36,050 nucleotides of DNA from a virus. Taxonomy: Duplodnaviria; Caudoviricetes. Each line of letters opens with the position of its first letter. The first letter of the stretch is position 1. The notes under the pieces are model-generated. The model did not search any database. It saw only the letters and a program-made list of their open reading frames with translations, and was not told where the DNA came from. The stretch spans positions 1 to 36,050 of IMG/VR virus record IMGVR_UViG_3300025387_000040. One strand, given 5' to 3'. The position numbers were made by a program, and so were the translations under genes. This document shows positions 1-9,919 of this stretch, piece by piece.

Positions 1-183
1 ATTTCATTGCTTGGCGCACAAACTACTGGTGTTGGCATCGCTAATGCTTGGGTTTCTGCTGCTAATGTACTTAGCGTTCAATTTACAAACTCTACAGGTT
101 CTTCAGCTACTCCTGTTGCTGGCACTTATGTTATTGCTTGTGACCGCTTAGAAGGCACAGTTTTGCCTACAAACGCTGCTTAA
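1..183 (+). CDS. 3' end of a small structural (capsid decoration-like) protein, partial
   Basis: Frame 1 is open from base 1 (ISLLGAQTTGVGIANAWVSAANVLSVQFTN...NAA) to TAA at 181-183; would follow the capsid gene on a circular map. Confidence 0.7.
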   Translation: MSLLGAQTTGVGIANAWVSAANVLSVQFTNSTGSSATPVAGTYVIACDRLEGTVLPTNAA

Positions 184-193
184 GGACTAAAAC

Positions 194-547
194 ATGGCTA
201 ACGTATCAGCTTATCGCTTTGTTGGCCCAACAACAGCGATTGCAGTAACTACAACTAGCTCGACTTCTGTAACTATTACCCCTAATGGTAATGATCAGCC
301 GAACTTTTGTGGCTTTTTAAACGTAGGTACAACACCTATCGCTATTACTATTGCTCCAGCCGTTGCAGGAACAACTACTACAGCTCCTGCTGCAGTTCTT
401 CCTACTGCAGGAAATAGCTCACAAAGCTTTGTTTTAGGCGTATCAATGTCACAGCCTACTGTGCTTGCTGTGCCGCCTAGCTTTGCTATTACAGCCGTTG
501 GAACAGCTAATACGCTATATGTATTGCCTATGGTAGATCAGAACTAA
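194..547 (+). CDS. putative virion structural protein
   Basis: AAGGA RBS; T/A/V-rich 117 aa protein in the structural operon. Confidence 0.65.
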   Translation: MANVSAYRFVGPTTAIAVTTTSSTSVTITPNGNDQPNFCGFLNVGTTPIAITIAPAVAGTTTTAPAAVLPTAGNSSQSFVLGVSMSQPTVLAVPPSFAITAVGTANTLYVLPMVDQN

Positions 548-556
548 GGATAAATT

Positions 557-1027
557 ATGTCAAATCCAGGCGTAGCAAGTAGCTCAGTCACAAATCTATT
601 GCCAGTTCAAGCTGAATATGATGCCAATGGCAACTGTTTAGGCTTATATGGACAAGGTGGCAATCCATTACAGACACCATTAAATGCCAGCAGTTTAGCT
701 GTTGAAGGCAATTTATTAATTTCAGGCACTAGCCCTACTTTAGGTTCAGGCTGGGGAACTAGCCCTACTATTCTTGCTAACAATACTTTTTGCTTTAAAG
801 TAACAGTCGGCACAGGTGGCGCAGCTAACGGAACTATTAATCTTCCTACAGCCCCTAATGGTTGGTTAGGATTTGCTGCTGATGTAACAAGCGGTAATGC
901 TGTATTTTTGCAATTAACAGGAAGCACAGCAACCTCAGTTACATTCACTAGCTATTCTGTTACAACAGGTGCTGCTGCCAATATGTCTGCTGGAGATGTA
1001 GTTTTAGTTAACTGTATCGCCTATTAA
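557..1027 (+). CDS. putative virion structural/fibre-associated protein
   Basis: AAGGA RBS; N-terminal NLLPVQA segment shared with the next gene. Confidence 0.65.
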   Translation: MSNPGVASSSVTNLLPVQAEYDANGNCLGLYGQGGNPLQTPLNASSLAVEGNLLISGTSPTLGSGWGTSPTILANNTFCFKVTVGTGGAANGTINLPTAPNGWLGFAADVTSGNAVFLQLTGSTATSVTFTSYSVTTGAAANMSAGDVVLVNCIAY

Positions 1028-1036
1028 AGGTAGATC

Positions 1037-3427
1037 ATGGCTAACATCAATGATTCTGTAACTCAGAATCTATTGCCTGTTCAGGCATATTTTAATCTCG
1101 ATGGCACGTTTAATACGTTCATCGGGCAGAATATGCCTTTTTATGCCACGATAAACCCTGTTCAATCAGGGTTAATCATTACTAACAGCACGATTGATAG
1201 CACTACGATTGGTGCTACAAGCCCATCTACAGGGGTATTTACTAATGTATCAGCAACGACAGGTCAGATTAGCACTACACCTAGCTCTAATACTGACATT
1301 GCTAATAAGTTTTATGTTGATACTGTAGCGCAGGGTCTTGGCCCTAAAGCTGCTTGTGCAGTCGCTACAACAGCGAATATCACGCTCTCAGGGCTTCAAA
1401 CAATTGATGGCTATACAACCCTAGCTGGTGATCGTGTTCTTGTCAAGAATCAAGGTTCTAGCCAATATAATGGCATCTATATTGCATCTGCAAGCACTTG
1501 GACTCGATCTACTGATATGGATGTTTGGTCAGAAGTGCCAGGCGCATACACAGTCGTTTTAAATGGCGGTCAAGCAGACACAGGTTGGGTTTGCACAGCA
1601 ACACAGACAGGCACAATTAATGTCACAGCGATGCCTTGGGTGCAGTTCTCAGGCTCTGCGACTTATTTTGCAGGCACAGGATTAACCTTAGCATCTAATA
1701 CTTTTAGCATTACAAACGTAGGCACAGCAGGCACATACGGCTCTGCAAGTGCAGTTCCTGTATTTGTAACTAATGCTCAAGGTCAAGTAACCAGCGTAAC
1801 AAACACATCTATTGCTATTGCCAATACGCAAGTAAGCGGTCTTGGCACGATGTCCACACAGAACGCTAATAACGTATCAATAACTGGTGGCAGCATCACA
1901 GGAACGCCTATAAGCGGTTCTACAGTTGGTGGCACTACTATCACAGCATCTACTCAATTTAGTGGCCCTGGCACAGGTTTAACAGGCACAGCAAGCGGTC
2001 TATCTATTGGTGGTAATGCTGCAACTGCAACATCTGCAACGACAGCAGGTTCAGTAACAAATAGCGTGACTTTTAACAATAGTGGCACAGGCGCAGTTTC
2101 TGGCACTACTTTTAACGGTTCAGCAGCTCAAACTATCTCATATAACACGATTGGCGCACCTAGCACGACAGGCACAGGCGCAAGTGGCACATGGGGTATT
2201 AGCATCTCAGGCAACGCTGCAACTGTCACAAATGGCGTATATACAACTGGTAGCTACTCAAATCCTAGCTGGATTACATCAATATCAGGATCAATCGTAA
2301 GTGGCGCAGTAGCTAGTGCTACAACAGCAACAAACGTAGCTGGTGGTTTAGCAGGCTCTTTGCCTTACCAATCAGGAGCAGGCGCAACAACTTTCTTAGG
2401 TATTGGCTCTGCAAATTATGTTTTAACATCTAGCGGAACAGCACCACAATATGTAGCTCAAAGCACTTTGTCAGTAGGTTCAGCTTCAACAGCGACAACT
2501 TCTACAAATCTAGCTGGTGGCGTAGCAGGCGCTATTCCTTACCAATCAGGCGCAAGCACTACAAGCTTTACAGCAGCAGGCACAACAGGTCAAGTATTAA
2601 CTTCAGCAGGCACAGGAACTCCTACTTGGACTACACCAACCGCTTATGCGACTGTTACAGATGACACCACTACAAATGGCACTCGTTATCCTTTGTTTGC
2701 TAATCAAACAAGCGGAAACTTATCAACTGAATACACAAGCTCTACTAAACTGCAATATAACCCTTCTACAGGCGTATTTACAGCGACAGGGTTTAGCGGA
2801 TCAGGCGCAAGCTTAACAAGTCTTACAGCAGGTAATCTATCAGGAACAATACCAAGTGGCGTTTTAGGCAATTCAACTGTTTATGTTGGCACAACTGCTA
2901 TTGCTTTAAATCGTGCAAGCGCATCAATTACGCTAACAGGCACAAGTATTGATGGCAACGCAGCAACAGCTACAAGTGCTACAAGTGCGACAACAGCGAC
3001 AAACGCTACAAATATTGCGATCACAGACAATACTAGCTCTGTGTCAACTTATTACCCTGTTTTATCGTTAAATACGACAGGCAACAACGCTGCAACAACT
3101 AGCTCTACAAAGATCAGTTTTGTGCCTTCTACAGGCGTTTTAACTGCTACATCGTTTAGCGGTGCAGGAACAGGACTGACAGGAACAGCATCAGGTCTGT
3201 CAATTGGCGGTAATGCTGCAACAGCAACATCAGCGACAAGCGCAACAACAGCGACAAATGCAACAAACGTAGCTGTAGCCGATGCCAGCACAAACGCTAA
3301 CTATTACGTCACTTTTGTCAGCGCAACAGGCGGTAATTCAGCTTTAAAAACAGCATCTTCTACGCTAAAATACAATCCATCAACAGGAGCTTTAAGCACA
3401 GGCTCTATTATTTATATAGCACCATAG
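1037..3427 (+). CDS. long tail/head fibre protein
   Basis: 796 aa T/S/G/A-rich; 'ATTANITLSGLQTIDG...GDRVLVKNQ...NGIY' fibre module; repeated GNAATATSAT and GTGLTGTASGLSIGG units. Confidence 0.8.
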   Translation: MANINDSVTQNLLPVQAYFNLDGTFNTFIGQNMPFYATINPVQSGLIITNSTIDSTTIGATSPSTGVFTNVSATTGQISTTPSSNTDIANKFYVDTVAQGLGPKAACAVATTANITLSGLQTIDGYTTLAGDRVLVKNQGSSQYNGIYIASASTWTRSTDMDVWSEVPGAYTVVLNGGQADTGWVCTATQTGTINVTAMPWVQFSGSATYFAGTGLTLASNTFSITNVGTAGTYGSASAVPVFVTNAQGQVTSVTNTSIAIANTQVSGLGTMSTQNANNVSITGGSITGTPISGSTVGGTTITASTQFSGPGTGLTGTASGLSIGGNAATATSATTAGSVTNSVTFNNSGTGAVSGTTFNGSAAQTISYNTIGAPSTTGTGASGTWGISISGNAATVTNGVYTTGSYSNPSWITSISGSIVSGAVASATTATNVAGGLAGSLPYQSGAGATTFLGIGSANYVLTSSGTAPQYVAQSTLSVGSASTATTSTNLAGGVAGAIPYQSGASTTSFTAAGTTGQVLTSAGTGTPTWTTPTAYATVTDDTTTNGTRYPLFANQTSGNLSTEYTSSTKLQYNPSTGVFTATGFSGSGASLTSLTAGNLSGTIPSGVLGNSTVYVGTTAIALNRASASITLTGTSIDGNAATATSATSATTATNATNIAITDNTSSVSTYYPVLSLNTTGNNAATTSSTKISFVPSTGVLTATSFSGAGTGLTGTASGLSIGGNAATATSATSATTATNATNVAVADASTNANYYVTFVSATGGNSALKTASSTLKYNPSTGALSTGSIIYIAP

Positions 3428-3436
3428 GAAAAAATC

Positions 3437-5131
3437 ATGGGTCAATTAGTCTTTCAAGCAACAGCAGGTGGGCAAGTAGCCTTAGTTGGCCCTAATCCAG
3501 CTACTAACTTCTCGCTGAACGTGCCAGCAGTAAACGGCAATCTTGTAACTACAGGCGATACAGGCACAGTTACAAACACTATGCTTGCATCAAGTGCTTA
3601 TACAGCACCTGGCACTATTGGCTCAGGAACACCTAATACAGGCGCATTTACAAGTCTTAGCGCATCTACTTCTATTACTAACTCAAGCCTAACAGCAGGT
3701 CGAGTAGTTTATACAGGAACAGGTGGTCTAGAGTCAGCATCAGCTAACTTAACATTTAACGGCACAACTTTAACTGTAGCTAATGATGCTTCTATATCAG
3801 GTCTTACTGTTGGTAAGGGTGGTGGTAATAACGCAAACAACACCGTTGTTGGTTATCAGGCGGCTAATTCAAATTCTGCTTCATCAATTGAGGCTTTTGG
3901 TTATCAAGCGTTATACGCTAATACAAGCGGTGCAAATAACTCTGCTTTTGGTTTTTATGCTTTGCAACAAAATACCACTGGTTCAGGCAATAATGCTTTT
4001 GGTCGTGGTGCTTTGGCGGCAAACACAACAGGCTCAAACAATACTGCATTTGGTTATCCAGCATTAAACGCAAACACTACTGGTGGTTCTAATACCGCAG
4101 TAGGAACAAGTGCTTTAGCATCAAACACCACCGCATCTAATAACACAGCAGTTGGATATCAGGCTGGGTATAGTAATACTACAGGAAATAGTAATGCTTA
4201 TTTAGGTTATCAGGCTGGCTATTTAAACAACGCTTCGCAAAATGCTTTTGTTGGTTATCAAGCTGGTTATAACTCAACTTGTAATTATGCTACAGCTATC
4301 GGCTATCAAGCTGGTTATAACAATACTGATGGCACTTATGGAAATGTGTTTGTTGGATGGGGTTCAGGAAAAGCAAATACTAGCGGTGCGCCAAATACTG
4401 CAATAGGCTCTTCTTCTTTATCAGCAAATACTACTGGTGGTTTAAATGTAGCAGTTGGATATAATGCACTTCAATCAAACACCACCGCATCTAATAACAC
4501 AGCAGTAGGTTATTCTGCTAGTTACAGTAATACTACAGGTGCAAGCAATACTACTGTAGGTTATAACGCACTTTATAGCGGAACAACTGCTGCTTCTGCT
4601 ATTGCTATTGGAGTTTCTTCTGCTAATGCTTTAACAACAGGTTCTAATGGAATTTATATTGGCGCTGCATCAACAGCATCTAGTGGTAGCGTAAATTCTG
4701 AAATTGTTATTGCAACAAATGGGCCAAGTGGTAAAGGAGCAAATACAGGACTTATTAATCCTAATAACGGTGGTGTATATCAAGGCAATAACTCAACACT
4801 ATGGTCTATTACATCTGACCAGCGTTTAAAGAAAAATATTGTTGATAACAACGATGGTTTAGACAAGATTACACAAATCAAAGTGCGTAACTTTGAATAC
4901 CGCACAGCAAATGAAGTAACAGAATTGCCAAAAGAAAATGCTATTAATATCGCTGGCGTTCAACTTGGCGCAATCGCCCAAGAACTCATTGAAGTATTGC
5001 CTGATTGCGTAAAAATAGAATCTACTGGTGTAATGTCAGTTGATGCAAGCAATATCACTTGGCATTTAGTAAATGCAATTAAAGAACTAAACGCAAAAGT
5101 AACCGCTTTAGAAGCTAAATTAGGAGCATAA
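3437..5131 (+). CDS. tail fibre with C-terminal intramolecular chaperone (peptidase S74) domain
   Basis: ~14-aa NTAVGYxAxxxNTT solenoid repeats; 'SDQRLKKNI' cleavage motif, 'GAIAQE', terminal coiled coil. Confidence 0.88.
   Translation: MGQLVFQATAGGQVALVGPNPATNFSLNVPAVNGNLVTTGDTGTVTNTMLASSAYTAPGTIGSGTPNTGAFTSLSASTSITNSSLTAGRVVYTGTGGLESASANLTFNGTTLTVANDASISGLTVGKGGGNNANNTVVGYQAANSNSASSIEAFGYQALYANTSGANNSAFGFYALQQNTTGSGNNAFGRGALAANTTGSNNTAFGYPALNANTTGGSNTAVGTSALASNTTASNNTAVGYQAGYSNTTGNSNAYLGYQAGYLNNASQNAFVGYQAGYNSTCNYATAIGYQAGYNNTDGTYGNVFVGWGSGKANTSGAPNTAIGSSSLSANTTGGLNVAVGYNALQSNTTASNNTAVGYSASYSNTTGASNTTVGYNALYSGTTAASAIAIGVSSANALTTGSNGIYIGAASTASSGSVNSEIVIATNGPSGKGANTGLINPNNGGVYQGNNSTLWSITSDQRLKKNIVDNNDGLDKITQIKVRNFEYRTANEVTELPKENAINIAGVQLGAIAQELIEVLPDCVKIESTGVMSVDASNITWHLVNAIKELNAKVTALEAKLGA
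4120..4506 (+). repeat. exact 33-bp direct repeat (4120-4152 and 4474-4506) in the tail fibre gene
   Basis: ATCAAACACCACCGCATCTAATAACACAGCAGT occurs twice. Confidence 0.9.
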
Positions 5132-5132
5132 A

Positions 5133-5351
5133 ATGATTGAAATGACACACGAACAACAAGTAGCACAAGACTATTCCGCTGCGATGGATTCAGTCCATCT
5201 TTTGCAAGCTGGTAAGCCTGAAAAAATGACAGATGAAGAATGGGCTGATACTGTAGCTCGTAACAAAGCTCATCTTGAAATTCAAATTGCAAAAGGTGCA
5301 GAATATTACGGTTCTAATGATTTAACACCATTTGAAAACGCTATCAAATAA
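5133..5351 (+). CDS. hypothetical protein (tail-fibre associated)
   Basis: AGGAG RBS; directly downstream of the fibre gene. Confidence 0.7.
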   Translation: MIEMTHEQQVAQDYSAAMDSVHLLQAGKPEKMTDEEWADTVARNKAHLEIQIAKGAEYYGSNDLTPFENAIK

Positions 5352-5656
5352 TGTTTACTTGGAAAATCCTAGAAGTTTCTGCTAAAGATGGCGTGATTAC
5401 TCATGCTCGTTATCATGTCACAGCTACACAAGACGATAAATCAGTAGAAACTGAGGGTAATTGGTATTTTGACTGCCCTACTGCTAAGACAGCATTTGAA
5501 CAAGTAACAGAAGAAATGGTAGCAAGCTGGATTGAACAAGAAACTCAAAAAGACGGCAAATGCCACATTACTGAGCGTTTAAAAGAACAATTAGAAACAT
5601 TAGAAAATAAAGTAATCCCACCTTGGCAACCCCAAGTATTCAAAGTAGGAATGTAA
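5351..5656 (+). CDS. hypothetical protein (possible fibre assembly factor)
   Basis: TAATG overlap with the upstream gene; 101 aa. Confidence 0.7.
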   Translation: MFTWKILEVSAKDGVITHARYHVTATQDDKSVETEGNWYFDCPTAKTAFEQVTEEMVASWIEQETQKDGKCHITERLKEQLETLENKVIPPWQPQVFKVGM

Positions 5657-5657
5657 A

Positions 5658-6629
5658 ATGACGGCACCAATTGACATTATTTCTCGTGCATTAAAAGATA
5701 TTGGCGCATTAGAAGCTGGTGAAACTCCAACTCCTGAAGCTGCTCAAGATGCTTTTGATATGCTTAATGACCTTGTAGATCAATGGTCAAACGAAGAAAT
5801 GATGGTCTATTACAAGAATGAGATTGTGTTTCCTATTGTTGCAGGACAGACTCAATACACGATTGGCCCTGGTGGTCAAATTGGCGCAATCATTACAGGC
5901 TCAATCTCAGGCAATATTCTGACTGTTACAGGCATCAGCTCTGGTGCAATCAATGTAGGGCAAACCCTTAGTGGCACAGGCATCACAGCAGGAACTAAAA
6001 TCGTAGCGATGTTGACTGGTGCTGGTAATAACGTCAATGAAGCAGGCACATATCAAGTCAATATTAATCAGACTGTCGCTTCTACAACAATCAATCTTTA
6101 CTATCAACGCCCATTAAGCATTGATTCAGCGTTTGTTCGTATTAACACCAACTCTAACGGTGTTCCTATTGTCAACGGTGGTTTGGACTATCCAATCGCT
6201 GTTTTGGCAGTAGAAGAATACGAAATGATTGGTTTAAAGACTTTGAATGGCCCTTGGCCAAAAGCTTTGTATTACCAGCCAAGTGAAACATTAGGCAATA
6301 TCTATGTATGGCCTAATCCTTCACAAGGTGAAATGCACATCTTTACAGACAATCTGTTTCAAAACTACACCACTTTAAACGATCCTATTATCCTGCCACA
6401 AGGCTACACAATGGCTCTCAGATGGTGTTTGGCAGAGCGTTTAATGCCTATGTATGGCAAAGCATCACAAACTCAAATTAGCATGATTACAGCGTATGCA
6501 GCGCAAGCTAAAGCAACTGTTAAACGCATTAATATGAAGCCTGTTCAATCAGCTCGATTTGCAGATGCGATGCTTGCAAGCAGACAAAAAGATGCTGGAT
6601 GGATTTTATCAGGTGGTTTTTTCAGATAA
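5658..6629 (+). CDS. head-to-tail adaptor (P22 gp4-like) with inserted beta domain
   Basis: '[38 protein letters not shown]' N-terminus and '[15 protein letters not shown]' C-terminus; position before the gp10-like gene. Confidence 0.75.
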   Translation: MTAPIDIISRALKDIGALEAGETPTPEAAQDAFDMLNDLVDQWSNEEMMVYYKNEIVFPIVAGQTQYTIGPGGQIGAIITGSISGNILTVTGISSGAINVGQTLSGTGITAGTKIVAMLTGAGNNVNEAGTYQVNINQTVASTTINLYYQRPLSIDSAFVRINTNSNGVPIVNGGLDYPIAVLAVEEYEMIGLKTLNGPWPKALYYQPSETLGNIYVWPNPSQGEMHIFTDNLFQNYTTLNDPIILPQGYTMALRWCLAERLMPMYGKASQTQISMITAYAAQAKATVKRINMKPVQSARFADAMLASRQKDAGWILSGGFFR

Positions 6630-6630
6630 T

Positions 6631-7236
6631 ATGCAATATTACATTTACCAACATCGTGCTGCTGATACTGGTGAAATCTTTTATGTTGGCAAAGGTAAAG
6701 ATAAACGCCATGCTGATAAAAATAAAAGAAGTCGGTATTGGAAATTTTATGTAGAAAAACATGGTTTTACATCAGAAATTATTGCTGATAATTTAGATGA
6801 AGAATTGGCTTTTCTTGCCGAAATAGAATGTATTGATGTTTATAAAAGACGTGGCATCAAACTTGTAAATTTAAGCAATGGTGGAGAAGGATGTTCTGGC
6901 TATTCGCACCCTCATTCAGAAGAACAAAAAGCCAAATGGTCTGCCATGCGAAAAGGTGTTGCAAGTCCACGTAAGGGCGTAAAACTTTCTGATGAAACAA
7001 AAGAAAAATTAAGAATTGCTAGACAAGGAAAGCCTTTGTCTGAACAACATAAAAAATCAATTAGCAATGGATTAATTGGAAATAAACATACTGCCAAGTT
7101 AACAGACGATGAAATTCGTTTTATAAGAGCCAATAAAGGCAAAATGACTCATATTGAGTTGTCGGAAAAATTTAAAACACATAAAAACAATATTTACAAA
7201 ATTTGGCGTTTTGAACGCTACAAGGATGTCAAATAA
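6631..7236 (+). CDS. GIY-YIG homing endonuclease with NUMOD3-type DNA-binding repeats
   Basis: 'YYIYQH...FYVGKG...R', '[10 protein letters not shown]', repeats [10 protein letters not shown] / [10 protein letters not shown] / [10 protein letters not shown]; ATG at 6631 preferred to the longer ORF call. Confidence 0.85.
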   Translation: MQYYIYQHRAADTGEIFYVGKGKDKRHADKNKRSRYWKFYVEKHGFTSEIIADNLDEELAFLAEIECIDVYKRRGIKLVNLSNGGEGCSGYSHPHSEEQKAKWSAMRKGVASPRKGVKLSDETKEKLRIARQGKPLSEQHKKSISNGLIGNKHTAKLTDDEIRFIRANKGKMTHIELSEKFKTHKNNIYKIWRFERYKDVK

Positions 7237-9209
7237 TGCCCGATTTTGGTTTTGTTGGCCCATCGTACGAAGCACCATCAATCTATCAAGATGCCCAAGA
7301 ATGTATTAATTTCAGACCTGAAATTGATCCTACCAAAGGCCCTGAGTCTAGGGGCGTTGTTGCCCTTTATCCTACGCCAGGTCTAACCACTAAAGTCGTT
7401 TTACCTAACACGCAAGAAGTGCGTGGCATGAGAACAGTAAGCGGTGGTCAGCAAATGGTTGCCGTTTGTGGCCCTTATGTTTATGTTCTAACATCTAACT
7501 TAACCCCTACAATTGTTGGTCAATTAAATACCAGCGCAGGTCGTGTAGGCATTACAGATAACGGATTAAACGTCTATATCGTAGATGGCGCATATCGTTA
7601 CACATGGCGTATTAACAACCCTACAGCAGCTACTATTCAAGGCTCAATATCAGGGACAACCCTAACTGTTAGTCGCACATATTCAGGCACATTGGCTATT
7701 GGTCAAGCTTTATACGGTATTGGTCTAGCAAACGAAACTGTTATCTTGTCAGGCTCTGGCACTACTTGGACATTAAATAAAAGCCAAACTGTTGCATCTA
7801 CGCAAATATATGCTTCCAATACCATATCTTTTCAAGGTGCAATTGCTGACGTAGTAGTAAGTGGCGTTACTTATCATAATTTGACTGTAAGCCCTTCCGT
7901 CACACTTTATTTAGGTCAAACCATTGTAGGATCAGGCGTTTCTGATCAGACTATGATTACCCAGATTGTGACTTCAGGTTCTAGTTATTACATCAATAAA
8001 TCCCACACAATTAGCTCAGAGCAAATGTATGCTTTGAACTTTACCCAAATACCTAACACGGATGGTGCGTTTACAGGCGCAGACGTGGTAGATACTGTTG
8101 ACAACTACTTTGTTTATAACAGACCTGGTACTCAACAATGGGCAGCTTCAGATACTTTAAGCCCTATCACGCAACCTTTATCATTTTCTTCTAAAGACGG
8201 ATCGCCTGACAATCTAGTATCTATGATTGTAGATCATAGAGAAGTTTATTTATTAGGTGAAAACTCAAGCGAAGTCTGGGTTGACGTAGGCGCTTTCCCA
8301 TTCCCATTCCAAAGGATTCCTGGCACAAACACCCAGCACGGTATTGTGGCTAAGTTTTCATTGGCTCGTGTAGGCAATTCATTTGCTTATGTAAGTCGTA
8401 ATATTCGTGGTCAAGCCCAAATTATGATGATGCAAGGTTACACCCCTACACGCATTAGCACCCACGCTGTAGAGAATACTTTAGTAAATCAAAAGGTTGA
8501 CGATGCGATTGCTTGGACTTATCAGCTAGAAGGTCACGAAGTATATGTCGTATCTTTTCCATCTTTGGACTTAACTTGGGCTTTTGACGTTACCACCCAA
8601 ATGTGGCACAAATGGCTGTGGGTTGATAACAACAACGTCTATCATCGTCATCGTGGTAATTGTTTGGCTTTGTTTCAAGGCTTAGTATTGGTCGGAGATT
8701 GGCAAAACGGCAAAATTTACGAATTAGACCCTAATAATTACACAGATGATGGTGACGAAATCCGTAGGGTTCGTAGATGCCCACATTTGGTGTCTGATTT
8801 ACAACGTGAGTATTTTGACGAATTACAACTTCAATTTCAGCCTGGTGTAGGTATTGGCGGTACTTTTATTGATATCAGCACTTACATTGGCGATCCTTTG
8901 GTGATTCCTGCCACACAAAACTATTCAATACCACCTTTAGGTATTTATGTGATTGGCAACCCATATAACGTCAATAGCACTACGCCATTTACCAATCCTA
9001 AAGCAATGCTACGCTGGTCAAATGACGGTGGATCGACTTGGAGCAGAGAATATTGGATACCGATTGGTCAACAAGGTAAGTATAAAAATCGTGCGATTTG
9101 GCGCAGATTAGGCACAGCCCGTGATAGAATTTACGAGGTTGTTGTCACAGACCCAGTAAAAGCGGTCATTGTGTCAGCTAATCTCAAATCTAGCGTAGGG
9201 GAAAATTAA
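7236..9209 (+). CDS. tail hub / packaged-DNA stabilisation protein (P22 gp10-like)
   Basis: 'LYPTPGL', '[10 protein letters not shown]', 'RISTHAVE', '[13 protein letters not shown]...WRRLG' motifs. Confidence 0.88.
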   Translation: MPDFGFVGPSYEAPSIYQDAQECINFRPEIDPTKGPESRGVVALYPTPGLTTKVVLPNTQEVRGMRTVSGGQQMVAVCGPYVYVLTSNLTPTIVGQLNTSAGRVGITDNGLNVYIVDGAYRYTWRINNPTAATIQGSISGTTLTVSRTYSGTLAIGQALYGIGLANETVILSGSGTTWTLNKSQTVASTQIYASNTISFQGAIADVVVSGVTYHNLTVSPSVTLYLGQTIVGSGVSDQTMITQIVTSGSSYYINKSHTISSEQMYALNFTQIPNTDGAFTGADVVDTVDNYFVYNRPGTQQWAASDTLSPITQPLSFSSKDGSPDNLVSMIVDHREVYLLGENSSEVWVDVGAFPFPFQRIPGTNTQHGIVAKFSLARVGNSFAYVSRNIRGQAQIMMMQGYTPTRISTHAVENTLVNQKVDDAIAWTYQLEGHEVYVVSFPSLDLTWAFDVTTQMWHKWLWVDNNNVYHRHRGNCLALFQGLVLVGDWQNGKIYELDPNNYTDDGDEIRRVRRCPHLVSDLQREYFDELQLQFQPGVGIGGTFIDISTYIGDPLVIPATQNYSIPPLGIYVIGNPYNVNSTTPFTNPKAMLRWSNDGGSTWSREYWIPIGQQGKYKNRAIWRRLGTARDRIYEVVVTDPVKAVIVSANLKSSVGEN

Positions 9210-9445
9210 TGTCTAATGGCGTATGGTCAACATCGCAAAACAATCCATATCCTCAGTCTGAGTTTTTGGATGCAACAACTAAACGCCCAACTAGGGCTTG
9301 GCAGCAGTTTTTCTTGAATTTGTTGAATTTTACATCTGCAAGCACAGCTTCAGCAGGATCGGCTACTTTGCCATCAAACCCTGTTGGATTCATAAATGTG
9401 ACAGTAAATGGTCAACAATACAAGATTCCATATTATAATTTGTGA
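9209..9445 (+). CDS. small tail protein (gp26 position)
   Basis: TAATG overlap with the gp10-like gene; assignment by synteny only. Confidence 0.6.
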   Translation: MSNGVWSTSQNNPYPQSEFLDATTKRPTRAWQQFFLNLLNFTSASTASAGSATLPSNPVGFINVTVNGQQYKIPYYNL

Positions 9446-9460
9446 TAAAAGGGGGAAGTT

Positions 9461-9907
9461 ATGGTTGAGTATAAAGAGGAACGGTTACACGATTTTTTAG
9501 ATGAAATGAGAGGTTTGCTAGAGGGTCATTATAACGAACTTAGCGTAACGAAAGAGTTTGCGTTAAAGCCTAATTATGACAGATATCTAGAATTGCAAGA
9601 CGAAGGCAGTTTATTTTGCTTAACTTGCAGAAAAGATGGCGAATTGATCGGTTATATATTGTATTTTTTGTATCGCCATATGCATTATTGGGATTGTTTG
9701 ACGGCTATGGAAGATTTGTATTTTATTCGTAAAAACGAACGCCAAGGTCGCATAGGTTTAAAACTGTTCACAGAAGCTGAAAAAGCTTTGAAAGAACATG
9801 GTGTAAATAGAATTAACATTAGCTGTAAAGTGCATTTAGATCACACTAAGATTTTTGAGCATTTAGGCTATAAATTTATTGAGAAGCATTTTTGTAAACT
9901 ATTATAG
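9461..9907 (+). CDS. GNAT-family acetyltransferase
   Basis: 'EDLYFIRKNERQGRIGLKLFTEAE' acetyl-CoA motif A and 'FEHLGY' motif B. Confidence 0.8.
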   Translation: MVEYKEERLHDFLDEMRGLLEGHYNELSVTKEFALKPNYDRYLELQDEGSLFCLTCRKDGELIGYILYFLYRHMHYWDCLTAMEDLYFIRKNERQGRIGLKLFTEAEKALKEHGVNRINISCKVHLDHTKIFEHLGYKFIEKHFCKLL

Positions 9908-9919
9908 TTAGGAAATATT

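Noticed and set aside
3437-5131. Diversity-generating retroelement target
   Set aside because: No reverse transcriptase and no repeat pair differing at adenines
6559-6630. N-terminal extension of the GIY-YIG ORF
   Set aside because: Overlaps the adaptor gene; ATG 6631 places the GIY motif at the N-terminus as expected
6630-7236. Group I intron
   Set aside because: Both flanking genes are complete and no non-coding sequence is available for a ribozyme core
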